43,281 nt of DNA from a virus (IMGVR_UViG_3300028025_004089:1-43281), one strand, 5' to 3'; positions 9,075-16,296 are shown, numbered from the stretch's first letter. The notes: generated by a model not told the origin, from the sequence alone. Program-made: numbers and translations.

Positions 9075-9672
9075 CTTGGATTGGGGTAGGGGTGACTTCG
9101 GTGATCTCTGTTATGTCCGTCACGTCAGCGTCTGACACATCCATGAACTTGGCCAGCTTCTCTTTCAAGCGCTGGTCGATCTCGGCCTCGGTCATGTCGG
9201 TCTTCTTGATCTCAATCTTCTCGGTGAACAGGCCGATCTCTGTGACCTTACCCAAAAGGCCCAGCGCTTTGAGACGGATGTTGGCGTTGGGGTTCTCACA
9301 GTCTTCGAGGATTTTGGCTACTGCGTACCCGCGCAGTTCTTTAGCTTGGTGCACAAACTCCCAGTCGTAGGCCGTCAGCATTCCCACAAGGTGCTTCACG
9401 GCCGCAGGTGTCTGAATGCTTGTGAGCGCGGATTGAATTGATGCGGGGGTGGAACCTGTAGTGAGCGTGGCAAATGCTGCGCGAGCAGTGTGCGTCTCTG
9501 CCTCTGTCTGGGCGTTGCCGTCGTCAAGCCCCAAGTCCTTGAGCCAGTCGGCCGTTGCGACCTTGGCGTCAATCATCTGGGCAGGGGCTGCCTTTTCGAC
9601 CGGCGTGAAATCCTCAGGGACATCCATGAAGACTGTGGGGTCGAGGTCTGACGAGATCAGGTGTTCTAACAT
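9046..9672 (-). CDS. terS: Probable terminase small subunit
   Basis: Directly upstream of and overlapping terL; RLKALGLLGK...GLFTEK motif; ATG at 9672 with a GGGA SD preferred over the track start at 9726. Confidence 0.7.
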   Translation of the reverse strand: MLEHLISSDLDPTVFMDVPEDFTPVEKAAPAQMIDAKVATADWLKDLGLDDGNAQTEAETHTARAAFATLTTGSTPASIQSALTSIQTPAAVKHLVGMLTAYDWEFVHQAKELRGYAVAKILEDCENPNANIRLKALGLLGKVTEIGLFTEKIEIKKTDMTEAEIDQRLKEKLAKFMDVSDADVTDITEITEVTPTPIQDDDEPATDA

Positions 9673-9694
9673 TTGGTCCCAAAGGAATTGCGGG

Positions 9695-9742
9695 TTGCTT
9701 TCCCGATGTGCTGAGTATATACTCACATTGGCAGTGCCGCAA
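9695..9742. promoter_or_regulatory. Bidirectional sigma70-type promoter with a palindromic -10 region
   Basis: Plus: TTGCTT (9695-9700)-17-TATACT (9718-9723). Minus: TTGCGG (9742-9737)-17-TATACT (9719-9714). Both -10 boxes lie in the 14-bp palindrome TGAGTATATACTCA (9712-9725). Confidence 0.7.
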
Positions 9743-9806
9743 GGCGTTGCTTCTCCTTGGGTTGAGAGACCCCTTAACCCCCCGTGGCAACCCGGGGGGT
9801 TTTTTT
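9730..9806 (+). ncRNA. Candidate small RNA with an anti-RBS seed
   Basis: Promoter upstream; 5' hairpin GCAGTGCC-GCAA-GGCGTTGC (GNRA loop); seed TTCTCCTTGGGTTG; intrinsic terminator; no ATG in the interval. Confidence 0.65.
9776..9806 (+). terminator. Intrinsic terminator of the candidate sRNA
   Basis: AACCCCCCG-TGGCAACC-CGGGGGGTT running into a 7-T tract. Confidence 0.8.
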
Positions 9807-9879
9807 ATGCCCGAGATTTTTTGAAATTTTTATAAAATTTTTTGGAGGGTGCTTAATTTTTAAGCAGGGGGTGAGTTGC

Positions 9880-9895
9880 TGTCTAAGTTTATACA
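9880..9895. promoter_or_regulatory. Operator-like 16-bp imperfect palindrome, copy 1
   Basis: TGTCTAAGTTTATACA; resembles 17015-17030 and 25597-25612. Confidence 0.4.
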
Positions 9896-10008
9896 AAGTG
9901 GTGGGAGCGGGTGTGAAACAGTGTTCATGTGGACGACGGTCTCTGCTCCATACAAGGCTTGGTGGGGGTACGGTGGGGTCTAAGGTATGCCATTTGGCCC
10001 TGCCAGTA

Positions 10009-10037
10009 ATGCTTAGAAACACCCCCTTCCATACAAT
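10009..10037 (+). promoter_or_regulatory. Probable early promoter
   Basis: ATGCTT-17-TACAAT upstream of a 12-bp leader hairpin (10044-10072) and the first early gene. Confidence 0.5.
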
Positions 10038-10072
10038 AGAGGCATCGGTTAGGGAATAGGTCTCTAGCCGAT

Positions 10073-10090
10073 CGGGGACACGTTGTCCCC
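10073..10090. repeat. Dispersed palindrome, copy 1 of 7
   Basis: C-GGGGACA-CGT-TGTCCCC. Confidence 0.9.
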
Positions 10091-10107
10091 ATTCAAAGGA
10101 GTCTCTC

Positions 10108-10524
10108 ATGTCTAAAGCAATCCGTTCTACAGTCCACGCCGTTCTCACTGCCGCCTTCGCATACGGTGAGGGCATCGAGTCCCTACGTGCCACGTACAAG
10201 GGGCACACACCTGAGGCCGTTCGTGCGGCCTTGCTGGCCGATGTGGCGAGCTTTCCCAAGTACGCAGTGCCGCTGGTCGCTGGTGCTGGCAAGGCCACAG
10301 GCACGATGGTGCTGGACAAAGAGCACGCAAACTACGAAGCGTGCCGCAAAGCCCTGAGTCGCTTGGTGAGCGACATCGTGGGCAAGTCTGACAACAAGTC
10401 CGAAGAGATCGAGATCCCCGCTGAGTTGCTGGCCGCCGCCGCAAAGCTGGCCAAGCTGGCGCAGGAGTACGAAGGCGCACGTTCGCTGGCATCCAAGGCA
10501 CTGGCTCAAGCCTTTGCAAAGTGA
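10108..10524 (+). CDS. Hypothetical early protein
   Basis: 138 aa, AAGGAG SD, Ala/Lys-rich helical. Confidence 0.8.
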   Translation: MSKAIRSTVHAVLTAAFAYGEGIESLRATYKGHTPEAVRAALLADVASFPKYAVPLVAGAGKATGTMVLDKEHANYEACRKALSRLVSDIVGKSDNKSEEIEIPAELLAAAAKLAKLAQEYEGARSLASKALAQAFAK

Positions 10525-10525
10525 T

Positions 10526-10543
10526 CGGGGACAGTTTGTCCCT
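10526..10543. repeat. Dispersed palindrome, copy 2
   Basis: C-GGGGACA-GTT-TGTCCCT, just after the stop at 10524. Confidence 0.9.
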
Positions 10544-10614
10544 GTTGTTTCTACGCAACGGTGTTGGCGTGAGGCTGGCCCGTTGTTCCTTTTCTTGTCT
10601 AACCGGAGATTTTC

Positions 10615-10782
10615 ATGAAACTCACCCAACAACAACACGAACTTCTTGGTCGCATCTTGACCCACGTACTCGAAACCGAGGAGCGCTCATACGAGGAGTG
10701 CGACTGCACCGACCAACACATCTACGCTCTTGCCCGCATCGCTTGGTGCGAGTTTGAGATGGACATCACCCCAACCAACTGA
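10615..10782 (+). CDS. Small hypothetical early protein (55 aa)
   Basis: GGAG SD; MKLTQQQHELLGRILTHVLETEERSYEECDCTDQHIYALARIAWCEFEMDITPTN; below the track cutoff. Confidence 0.65.
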   Translation: MKLTQQQHELLGRILTHVLETEERSYEECDCTDQHIYALARIAWCEFEMDITPTN

Positions 10783-10793
10783 AAGGAACCATC

Positions 10794-11006
10794 ATGCGCA
10801 ACCTCTCATCCCCCATCGTGTCCGAGAAGGGCACCATCGAAGTCCGTGGTCAGGCGTACCACCTGCAAACCATCAGCTACGGCTCACGCCACCACATCCA
10901 CGTCTTCCGTAAGGCAGAGCTCCAAAGGCACGGCCTCGTCTTCACCAGTCAGCGTGAGTACGAACTCTGGAAGGCCCAGCTTGGGGCCCAGCGTGAGCTG
11001 TTCTGA
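10794..11006 (+). CDS. Hypothetical early protein
   Basis: 70 aa, AAGGA SD. Confidence 0.75.
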   Translation: MRNLSSPIVSEKGTIEVRGQAYHLQTISYGSRHHIHVFRKAELQRHGLVFTSQREYELWKAQLGAQRELF

Positions 11007-11013
11007 GCACAGG

Positions 11014-11038
11014 GAACGGGGACAGTTTGTCCCCGTTC
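11014..11038. repeat. Dispersed palindrome, copy 3
   Basis: GAACGGGGACA-GTT-TGTCCCCGTTC (11-bp arms). Confidence 0.9.
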
Positions 11039-11424
11039 AACACTGGATGACTCGACTGCCTAAAAAAGAGGCAATTTTTCAGCTATCCAAGATTGGATGG
11101 CTTGGCCCAAATGCTGGACGCGCTAAGTCGTTGATTTTATTAGCGTTTGTCCAAAACGGTGCTCTCTATATATATCTATATCTTTATAAATATATTTATA
11201 TATATCTCTCTCTATGTGTTTTCTCTTTCTCTTCGCTTGTTTGTTTATGTTTGTTTGCCTTGCTCATCCCCGCACGGACACACATAGTACGCACACTTTT
11301 GCCCTTTCTTCAAGCAAACCCGCATGGTTACGCGGTAAAAAATGTCCAGCGACTCGGCACATCTAGCCAATCTTGGACAGAACAGGGTAGAATCAAGGCT
11401 TTTTAACACTGGATGGACTTAGAC
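11039..11424. other. Origin-like non-coding region
   Basis: Very AT-rich core at about 11167-11205; IHF consensus at 11124-11136; inverted pair 11084-11099/11364-11379; direct repeat AACACTGGATG at 11039 and 11405. Confidence 0.5.
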
Positions 11425-12252
11425 ATGACCAAGTACCACGCAACCTTCACCCCTCGGGAACTCACACGCAAGCTCAAAGCACAGGGGCTGGCGGGCACTG
11501 AGGTGTTCACCGCTGTCGAGAATGCCAAGGGCAGACGCCGCGCACTGCAATCGGATCGGGAATTCCTGCGCAAGCACAGGCAGGAGTGGAGTTCACTGCT
11601 CACCCCTTTGAGGCAAGAGCTCAACCATGCACGAGGCGGGATGCGCTACAACGAGGACGATGTACTACGCACCGATGCCTTCGAGGTGTACGTGGCCACG
11701 CTTGAGCAGATGTATTTCAAGATGCTGGCCCTGTCCGAGACGGTCACCGATGAGCGCAAGTCAATGCCTGCACAGACAGCGGCCCAACTGAACGAGGTGC
11801 ATGCGGAGACAGGCGCAGGCTTTCACATCCCCAACAACGGGGTGCACTGGGTTGACTGGGCCCCGCCCAAACGCAGGGAGAAGGTCGAGCAGGCTTTCAA
11901 TAATTGGATAGCGTCCGGCACCCGCAAGAAGAAGGCCAAGACCAAGACGCCGTTCCTGAGGGTCATGCGTGGTGACAGGTTCGATGCGGCCCGCCAGCGC
12001 TTGCTGGGTGCGGCCCTCAAGGAGAAAGACACGTTGTCCCTGCGGTACGAGATCGTTTTGCAGGGGCATCAGCGAAGACTGGATGAGTATGCAGACTTGG
12101 GGCTCACCCCCAAGGAGGATAAGAAAGCACCTCACCTGCGCTTGGCCAAGCGGGTCGACAAGGTAACGCGGGCGGTCAACATCCTGCGCCAATGGACACG
12201 CGAAGACGGAGCACTGCCACGCACATGGCACGGGGTGCTGCCCAAAGATTAA
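11413..12252 (+). CDS. Hypothetical protein (basic, helical)
   Basis: 279-aa ORF with a plausible protein sequence; start could be 11425. Confidence 0.75.
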   Translation: MDLDMTKYHATFTPRELTRKLKAQGLAGTEVFTAVENAKGRRRALQSDREFLRKHRQEWSSLLTPLRQELNHARGGMRYNEDDVLRTDAFEVYVATLEQMYFKMLALSETVTDERKSMPAQTAAQLNEVHAETGAGFHIPNNGVHWVDWAPPKRREKVEQAFNNWIASGTRKKKAKTKTPFLRVMRGDRFDAARQRLLGAALKEKDTLSLRYEIVLQGHQRRLDEYADLGLTPKEDKKAPHLRLAKRVDKVTRAVNILRQWTREDGALPRTWHGVLPKD

Positions 12253-12270
12253 CGGGGACAACTTGTCCCC
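12253..12270. repeat. Dispersed palindrome, copy 4
   Basis: C-GGGGACA-ACT-TGTCCCC abutting the stop at 12252. Confidence 0.9.
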
Positions 12271-12342
12271 ATCGGTTGGTGCGCTCAGCGGGGCGGCGCA
12301 CCATACCGCATATACCCTGCCCCCAAACCAAGGAGAACGAAG

Positions 12343-12537
12343 ATGAAGTCTTGCAGAAACTGCACCAAGTCCACCCACGGGTGGGGGTACAACCCCGAGC
12401 TTAGTTGCCGTGCGTTTGATAAGCGGGTAGCACCGCCCGTATCCATGAGCACAGAGGACAACCTCAAGGCAGACGCTGACTGCCGCACATACGCCAACAA
12501 CTGCCCCGCATACACACCCGAAGGAGAAACCAAATGA
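12343..12537 (+). CDS. Small Cys-rich hypothetical protein
   Basis: CCAAGGAGAA SD; CxxC plus further Cys residues, possible Zn finger. Confidence 0.7.
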   Translation: MKSCRNCTKSTHGWGYNPELSCRAFDKRVAPPVSMSTEDNLKADADCRTYANNCPAYTPEGETK

Positions 12538-12800
12538 GTGAAACAACGTACATCGACATGACTGCGGGAATGCTCAAGCACAAGCAACCCACCTTCCACA
12601 TCCTGTGCATCAACGCATTCGGGTGGCGCTCGGGTGATGACCTGCACGCCCTGATGAAGGCGATGGACAAAGAGAAGCACACCTACTGGGTGTGGTACGT
12701 GCCCGGTGAGTCGACCGCATCGTACGGTATCAACTTCTACCAACCCCAAGTCGAGGGCGCATTCGTGCTGGCCCAAGTCGAGAAGAAACAACGCAAGTAA
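12534..12800 (+). CDS. Hypothetical protein
   Basis: 88 aa, AAGGAG SD, ATGA overlap. Confidence 0.75.
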   Translation: MSETTYIDMTAGMLKHKQPTFHILCINAFGWRSGDDLHALMKAMDKEKHTYWVWYVPGESTASYGINFYQPQVEGAFVLAQVEKKQRK

Positions 12801-12810
12801 GGAGCCCGCC

Positions 12811-12978
12811 ATGACTGTCTTAGAAATTGACGAGCTGGCCGCACACGTATCACGCACTTGCAAGTGGGATGGCGTCGCCATCGTGGATGTGATGCTCGAA
12901 GCGCTGACCGATGCCAACTTCCACACACTACGAGAACAACTCGAAGCACACTGCAAAGAGTACTTCGACAAAGAGTAA
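12811..12978 (+). CDS. Hypothetical protein (55 aa, LTDANFH motif)
   Basis: TAAGGAG SD before ATG 12811 (start reassigned from 12706). Confidence 0.75.
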   Translation: MTVLEIDELAAHVSRTCKWDGVAIVDVMLEALTDANFHTLREQLEAHCKEYFDKE

Positions 12979-12996
12979 CGGGGGAACGGTTCCCCC
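12979..12996. repeat. Dispersed palindrome, copy 5 (compensatory variant)
   Basis: C-GGGGGAA-CGG-TTCCCCC abutting the stop at 12978. Confidence 0.85.
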
Positions 12997-13000
12997 ATTA

Positions 13001-13025
13001 ACCGTGGGCACTGCGGCTCAGTGCC
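13001..13025 (+). repeat. Second leader motif, copy 1
   Basis: ACCGTG-GGCACTG-CGGCT-CAGTGCC. Confidence 0.75.
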
Positions 13026-13055
13026 TTTTCATATCAACAATCCAAGGAGTTTTCC

Positions 13056-13526
13056 ATGTCTACATTTTCCAAGCAAGTCGCCAAGGCCGCACGTCAAACC
13101 CGTGAGGAGGCCAAACGCATGACCCTCAAAGCCAGCCTCTTGAAGCACCACGCAGTCAAAGAAGCGTTCGAGCTGATCCCGCTCAACCTGCGCAAGGATG
13201 CAACGATCGCCATGTCCAGCTTCACCAACACAGTGCTCATCAACGTGCCCCTGCTCGACCTCGACTCATTCAAAGACAAGAAGTTCACCAACCTGATCGA
13301 GCGCTTCATTGACTGGGAGGCCACGACCAATGACTACACCTACGGCACACCCAATCGGGACGTGCGCTTAGAAAAGAAGGACTACGATGACAAGGTGGGC
13401 AGCTTCACCATCAGCGTGCAGGTGATGGCCTATGTGAAACACGACAGCCCGCTGTGCCGCATCGTGACCACGGGTTACACCGAAGAAGTGGTGCGCAAAG
13501 AAGTCAAGCAGATTGTCTGCGCCTAA
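13056..13526 (+). CDS. Hypothetical early protein
   Basis: 156 aa, CCAAGGAG SD. Confidence 0.8.
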   Translation: MSTFSKQVAKAARQTREEAKRMTLKASLLKHHAVKEAFELIPLNLRKDATIAMSSFTNTVLINVPLLDLDSFKDKKFTNLIERFIDWEATTNDYTYGTPNRDVRLEKKDYDDKVGSFTISVQVMAYVKHDSPLCRIVTTGYTEEVVRKEVKQIVCA

Positions 13527-13535
13527 GCAACCAAC

Positions 13536-13558
13536 AACGGGGACACGGTGTCCCCGTT
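13536..13558. repeat. Dispersed palindrome, copy 6
   Basis: AACGGGGACA-CGG-TGTCCCCGTT. Confidence 0.9.
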
Positions 13559-13576
13559 CAACCAAGGAGAGAGAAG

Positions 13577-13786
13577 ATGAAACAAGTATGGTTTGTGATG
13601 GACGCTGATCCAGAAGATTCAATCCCGGTGTTGTTCACCACCAAGATGGGGGCCGAGATTTACGCCCGCACGCTCTGGCCTGATGTTGACCCCAATACCC
13701 GCTATGCCCGTATCCGCTATCGCTCGGTATGGGAAGAGTCGGACATGCGCGAACACATCGCCAACGCCATTCGATCGCAGGCTTGA
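13577..13786 (+). CDS. Hypothetical protein (69 aa)
   Basis: CCAAGGAGA SD before ATG 13577 (MKQVWF...). Confidence 0.7.
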   Translation: MKQVWFVMDADPEDSIPVLFTTKMGAEIYARTLWPDVDPNTRYARIRYRSVWEESDMREHIANAIRSQA

Positions 13787-13789
13787 ACC

Positions 13790-14056
13790 ATGAGGATCGA
13801 CGAGATACCCGACACGGCGCTCAATGCCGCGCCTACCCCGATACCCACCAAGGTGGTGTATGACTGGTACGCACTGTACGAAACGCTTCAATCGCAAGGG
13901 TTTGTTGTCATCGAGAGTGACCAACTACGCACCATGCCAAGCGGTGGTGTTGAGTCTGTGCTGGTTAAGATGTTCAACAGCTACCTGCGCCAGACCATAG
14001 GCATGCGCCTCAAAACCAAACGCATCAGCGCCCATCGCTGGTACTGCACCCTTTAA
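13790..14056 (+). CDS. Hypothetical protein
   Basis: 88 aa, tightly packed in the operon. Confidence 0.7.
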   Translation: MRIDEIPDTALNAAPTPIPTKVVYDWYALYETLQSQGFVVIESDQLRTMPSGGVESVLVKMFNSYLRQTIGMRLKTKRISAHRWYCTL

Positions 14057-14074
14057 CAACCCAAGGAAACTGAA

Positions 14075-14503
14075 ATGACCATCGAAATGATTGAACCCAC
14101 AGAGCAAAACGCATTCCCAACTCAACCCGCAACTCAACCAGCCCAAGGAGTATTCATGGACAACTTCCAAGCCCCCAACCTCGTCGGCATCATCATGCAG
14201 GCGCTCGAGTCACACATCACCGCACTTGTCGACAAGCGGTTCAACGAGCGTATGGCTGACCTGCCTACGCCAGACTTGGAGGAGCTCAAGGACGAGCTCA
14301 ACGAAACCATCGACGAGAAGATGTCCGAGATCAAGGACGAGTTCAACGACATGATCGACGAGAAGATCAGCGACCACCAGTCTGAGTACGACCACGACGA
14401 GTACGACCAGTGCGTGCGCAACGTCGACGACGCTGGGCTTGATGACATCGAGGACAAGATCAGAGATGTTCTGCGCGGCTCCTCCTTCACCATCAGCCTG
14501 TAA
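14075..14503 (+). CDS. Acidic coiled-coil hypothetical protein
   Basis: CAAGGA SD; second in-frame start with CCCAAGGAG SD at 14156; Asp/Glu-rich internal repeat (E-L/I-KDE-L/F-N-x-x-IDEK twice). Confidence 0.8.
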   Translation: MTIEMIEPTEQNAFPTQPATQPAQGVFMDNFQAPNLVGIIMQALESHITALVDKRFNERMADLPTPDLEELKDELNETIDEKMSEIKDEFNDMIDEKISDHQSEYDHDEYDQCVRNVDDAGLDDIEDKIRDVLRGSSFTISL

Positions 14504-14510
14504 CCAAATC

Positions 14511-14535
14511 ACCGTGGCCACTGCGGTTCAGTGGC
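14511..14535 (+). repeat. Second leader motif, copy 2
   Basis: ACCGTG-GCCACTG-CGGTT-CAGTGGC. Confidence 0.75.
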
Positions 14536-14562
14536 AACCTTTCAATCCAATGGAGAATTCAA

Positions 14563-15528
14563 ATGGCACACATGATCGACACTTTTTCCCGCGCAACCGC
14601 ATCCTACGCATCCACACAACGTGAGTGGCACGGCCTTGGCCAACTCATGACCACAGGTGCAACCATCGAAGACTGGCAACGTGAGGCTGGCATGGACTAC
14701 AAAGTCCAGCGCTCTGTCATCCGCTACGCTACTGAACGTGACATCGCTACACCGGATCAGTTCCGCACAGTGGACGACAAGCACGTATTGTTCCGCTCAG
14801 ACACAGGCGCACCGCTGGGTGTGGTCAGTGACTCGTACAAGGTGGTGCAACCCATGGAGGTGCTCGAGTTCTTCCGTGACTGGGCCGCGCAGGGTGGGCT
14901 GACCATCGAGAGCGCGGGTGTTCTATTCGGTGGGCGTCGCTACTTCGCCACGGCCAAGCTGTCTGACGCTGTGTCCATCGATGGTGGGCGTGACACTATC
15001 GTGCCCTATGCCTTGCTGTCCACGTCTGCGGATGGTTCGCTTGCAACGGAGTGCCGATGGACTACGGTGCGCACGGTGTGCAACAACACGCTGACGATGG
15101 CACGCAAGGGTGCGGCCGCATTCAAGGTATCGCATCGCTCTGTGTTCGTGGCCGAGGACGCACGCATGGCCGTTGAGTCGGCGCATGAGGAGTTCGGTGC
15201 GTTCATGACCGCTGCGCGTTACCTGTCGACGGTGGGTATGAAGGCGGACGAGGCCGAGGACATGACCCTGCGCTTACTCATGAAGACCAACGAGGAGGTG
15301 ACACGTGCATCGGCTGGGTTCAACCGCATCATGGGCCTGTTCAACGGGCAGGGCATGGGCAGCAACTTCGAAACCGCGCACGATACCGCATGGGGCTGGC
15401 TCAACGCTGTGACTGAGTACGTCGACCACCACAGCCGCACACGTAGCCCCGAGAACCGCACAGCATCCGCGCTGTGGGGCCAAGGAGAGGCGCTCAAAGC
15501 CAAGGCATTGGCGTTGGTGACAGCGTAA
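14563..15528 (+). CDS. DUF932-family phage/plasmid protein
   Basis: WHGLG, RSDT...LGVVS..YKVVQP, ESAG-L-GG, T-VR-VCNNTL and TAWG-LNAVTEYVDH motifs. Confidence 0.85.
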   Translation: MAHMIDTFSRATASYASTQREWHGLGQLMTTGATIEDWQREAGMDYKVQRSVIRYATERDIATPDQFRTVDDKHVLFRSDTGAPLGVVSDSYKVVQPMEVLEFFRDWAAQGGLTIESAGVLFGGRRYFATAKLSDAVSIDGGRDTIVPYALLSTSADGSLATECRWTTVRTVCNNTLTMARKGAAAFKVSHRSVFVAEDARMAVESAHEEFGAFMTAARYLSTVGMKADEAEDMTLRLLMKTNEEVTRASAGFNRIMGLFNGQGMGSNFETAHDTAWGWLNAVTEYVDHHSRTRSPENRTASALWGQGEALKAKALALVTA

Positions 15529-15535
15529 GAGAAAG

Positions 15536-15556
15536 ACGGGGACATGGTGTCCCCGT
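15536..15556. repeat. Dispersed palindrome, copy 7
   Basis: ACGGGGACA-TGG-TGTCCCCGT. Confidence 0.9.
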
Positions 15557-15581
15557 TCATTTAACCAAGAAGGAGAATGAA

Positions 15582-15749
15582 ATGAAAACGTATCAAGTAG
15601 AACTCAAGCGCACCAGTTACGTCACGATTGAGGTGGAGGCTGAGTCGCAAGATGCGGCCGAGGACGCAGCTTGGCTGGAATTGCAAACCTGTGACTACGA
15701 CGACAGCGACGCAGACTGGCAACTGGAATCAATCGAGGTGAGCAAATGA
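15582..15749 (+). CDS. Small acidic protein (VEAES-x-x-AE-x-x-A motif, DpnD/PcfM-like pattern)
   Basis: AAGGAG SD before ATG 15582; 55 aa. Confidence 0.7.
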   Translation: MKTYQVELKRTSYVTIEVEAESQDAAEDAAWLELQTCDYDDSDADWQLESIEVSK

Positions 15750-15976
15750 AAACGATTATTCACGTCAACCAGCACGTCATCAAGGCCAACGCCAAGACGG
15801 GGGCCAACGACCCTGTGCTGACAGTCAAGGACTACAAGCGCAACAGGTACGCGCACGAAGTGAAGATACACGGGGAAAGCCGGATTGTGTACTCGGCCGA
15901 CAAGCCGCTGTCATGCGGCGCACGAGTGTGGATTGAGACCCACGCAGAAGTTGAAATCGTTGAGGAGCAAGCATGA
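15746..15976 (+). CDS. Conserved phage hypothetical protein
   Basis: IHVNQH-IK-N...KPLSCGARVWIET motif; ATGA overlap. Confidence 0.8.
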   Translation: MKTIIHVNQHVIKANAKTGANDPVLTVKDYKRNRYAHEVKIHGESRIVYSADKPLSCGARVWIETHAEVEIVEEQA

Positions 15977-16095
15977 AATACAAAGGCCCACCCAAACCAC
16001 TACCCACCCACATCGAGATCGTCAGCGACAAGGCTGAGCGTGTGATCTTTCTTCTGTTGGCCTTCTTCTTGGCCGTCCACCTTTACTTGGAGTGA
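15973..16095 (+). CDS. Small membrane protein (40 aa)
   Basis: GAGGAG SD, ATGA overlap, C-terminal hydrophobic stretch VIFLLLAFFLAVHLYL. Confidence 0.6.
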   Translation: MKYKGPPKPLPTHIEIVSDKAERVIFLLLAFFLAVHLYLE

Positions 16096-16097
16096 CC

Positions 16098-16295
16098 ATG
16101 ACCTCTCTTCCCTATCAACAAGCTCTTTCTGACCTACAGAAAACACTAAACGCGGCTATCAAAGAATGCGAGCGCTACGCAAGACCTGCGCACGCTGTGC
16201 GTAACTGCCCATCAGACCTGCAAAGCGAAGACCAAGCATGGCGCAAGCGTCAGAGTATCGAGTTTCAAATCCGTCAACTAACCAAAGGAGAATGA
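16098..16295 (+). CDS. Hypothetical protein
   Basis: GGAG SD; fills the gap in the operon. Confidence 0.55.
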   Translation: MTSLPYQQALSDLQKTLNAAIKECERYARPAHAVRNCPSDLQSEDQAWRKRQSIEFQIRQLTKGE

Positions 16296-16296
16296 C

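Noticed and set aside
9673-9726. N-terminal extension of terS in the ORF track
   Set aside because: It runs through the predicted promoter; ATG 9672 has the SD
10846-11406. 186-aa plus-strand ORF
   Set aside because: Crosses the low-complexity AT core (YIYLYLYKYIYIY), overlaps a better gene and lacks an SD
10073-15556. The GGGGACA palindromes as a CRISPR array or as terminators
   Set aside because: Spacing is hundreds to thousands of bases with whole genes between copies, no cas operon is present, and there are no U-tracts
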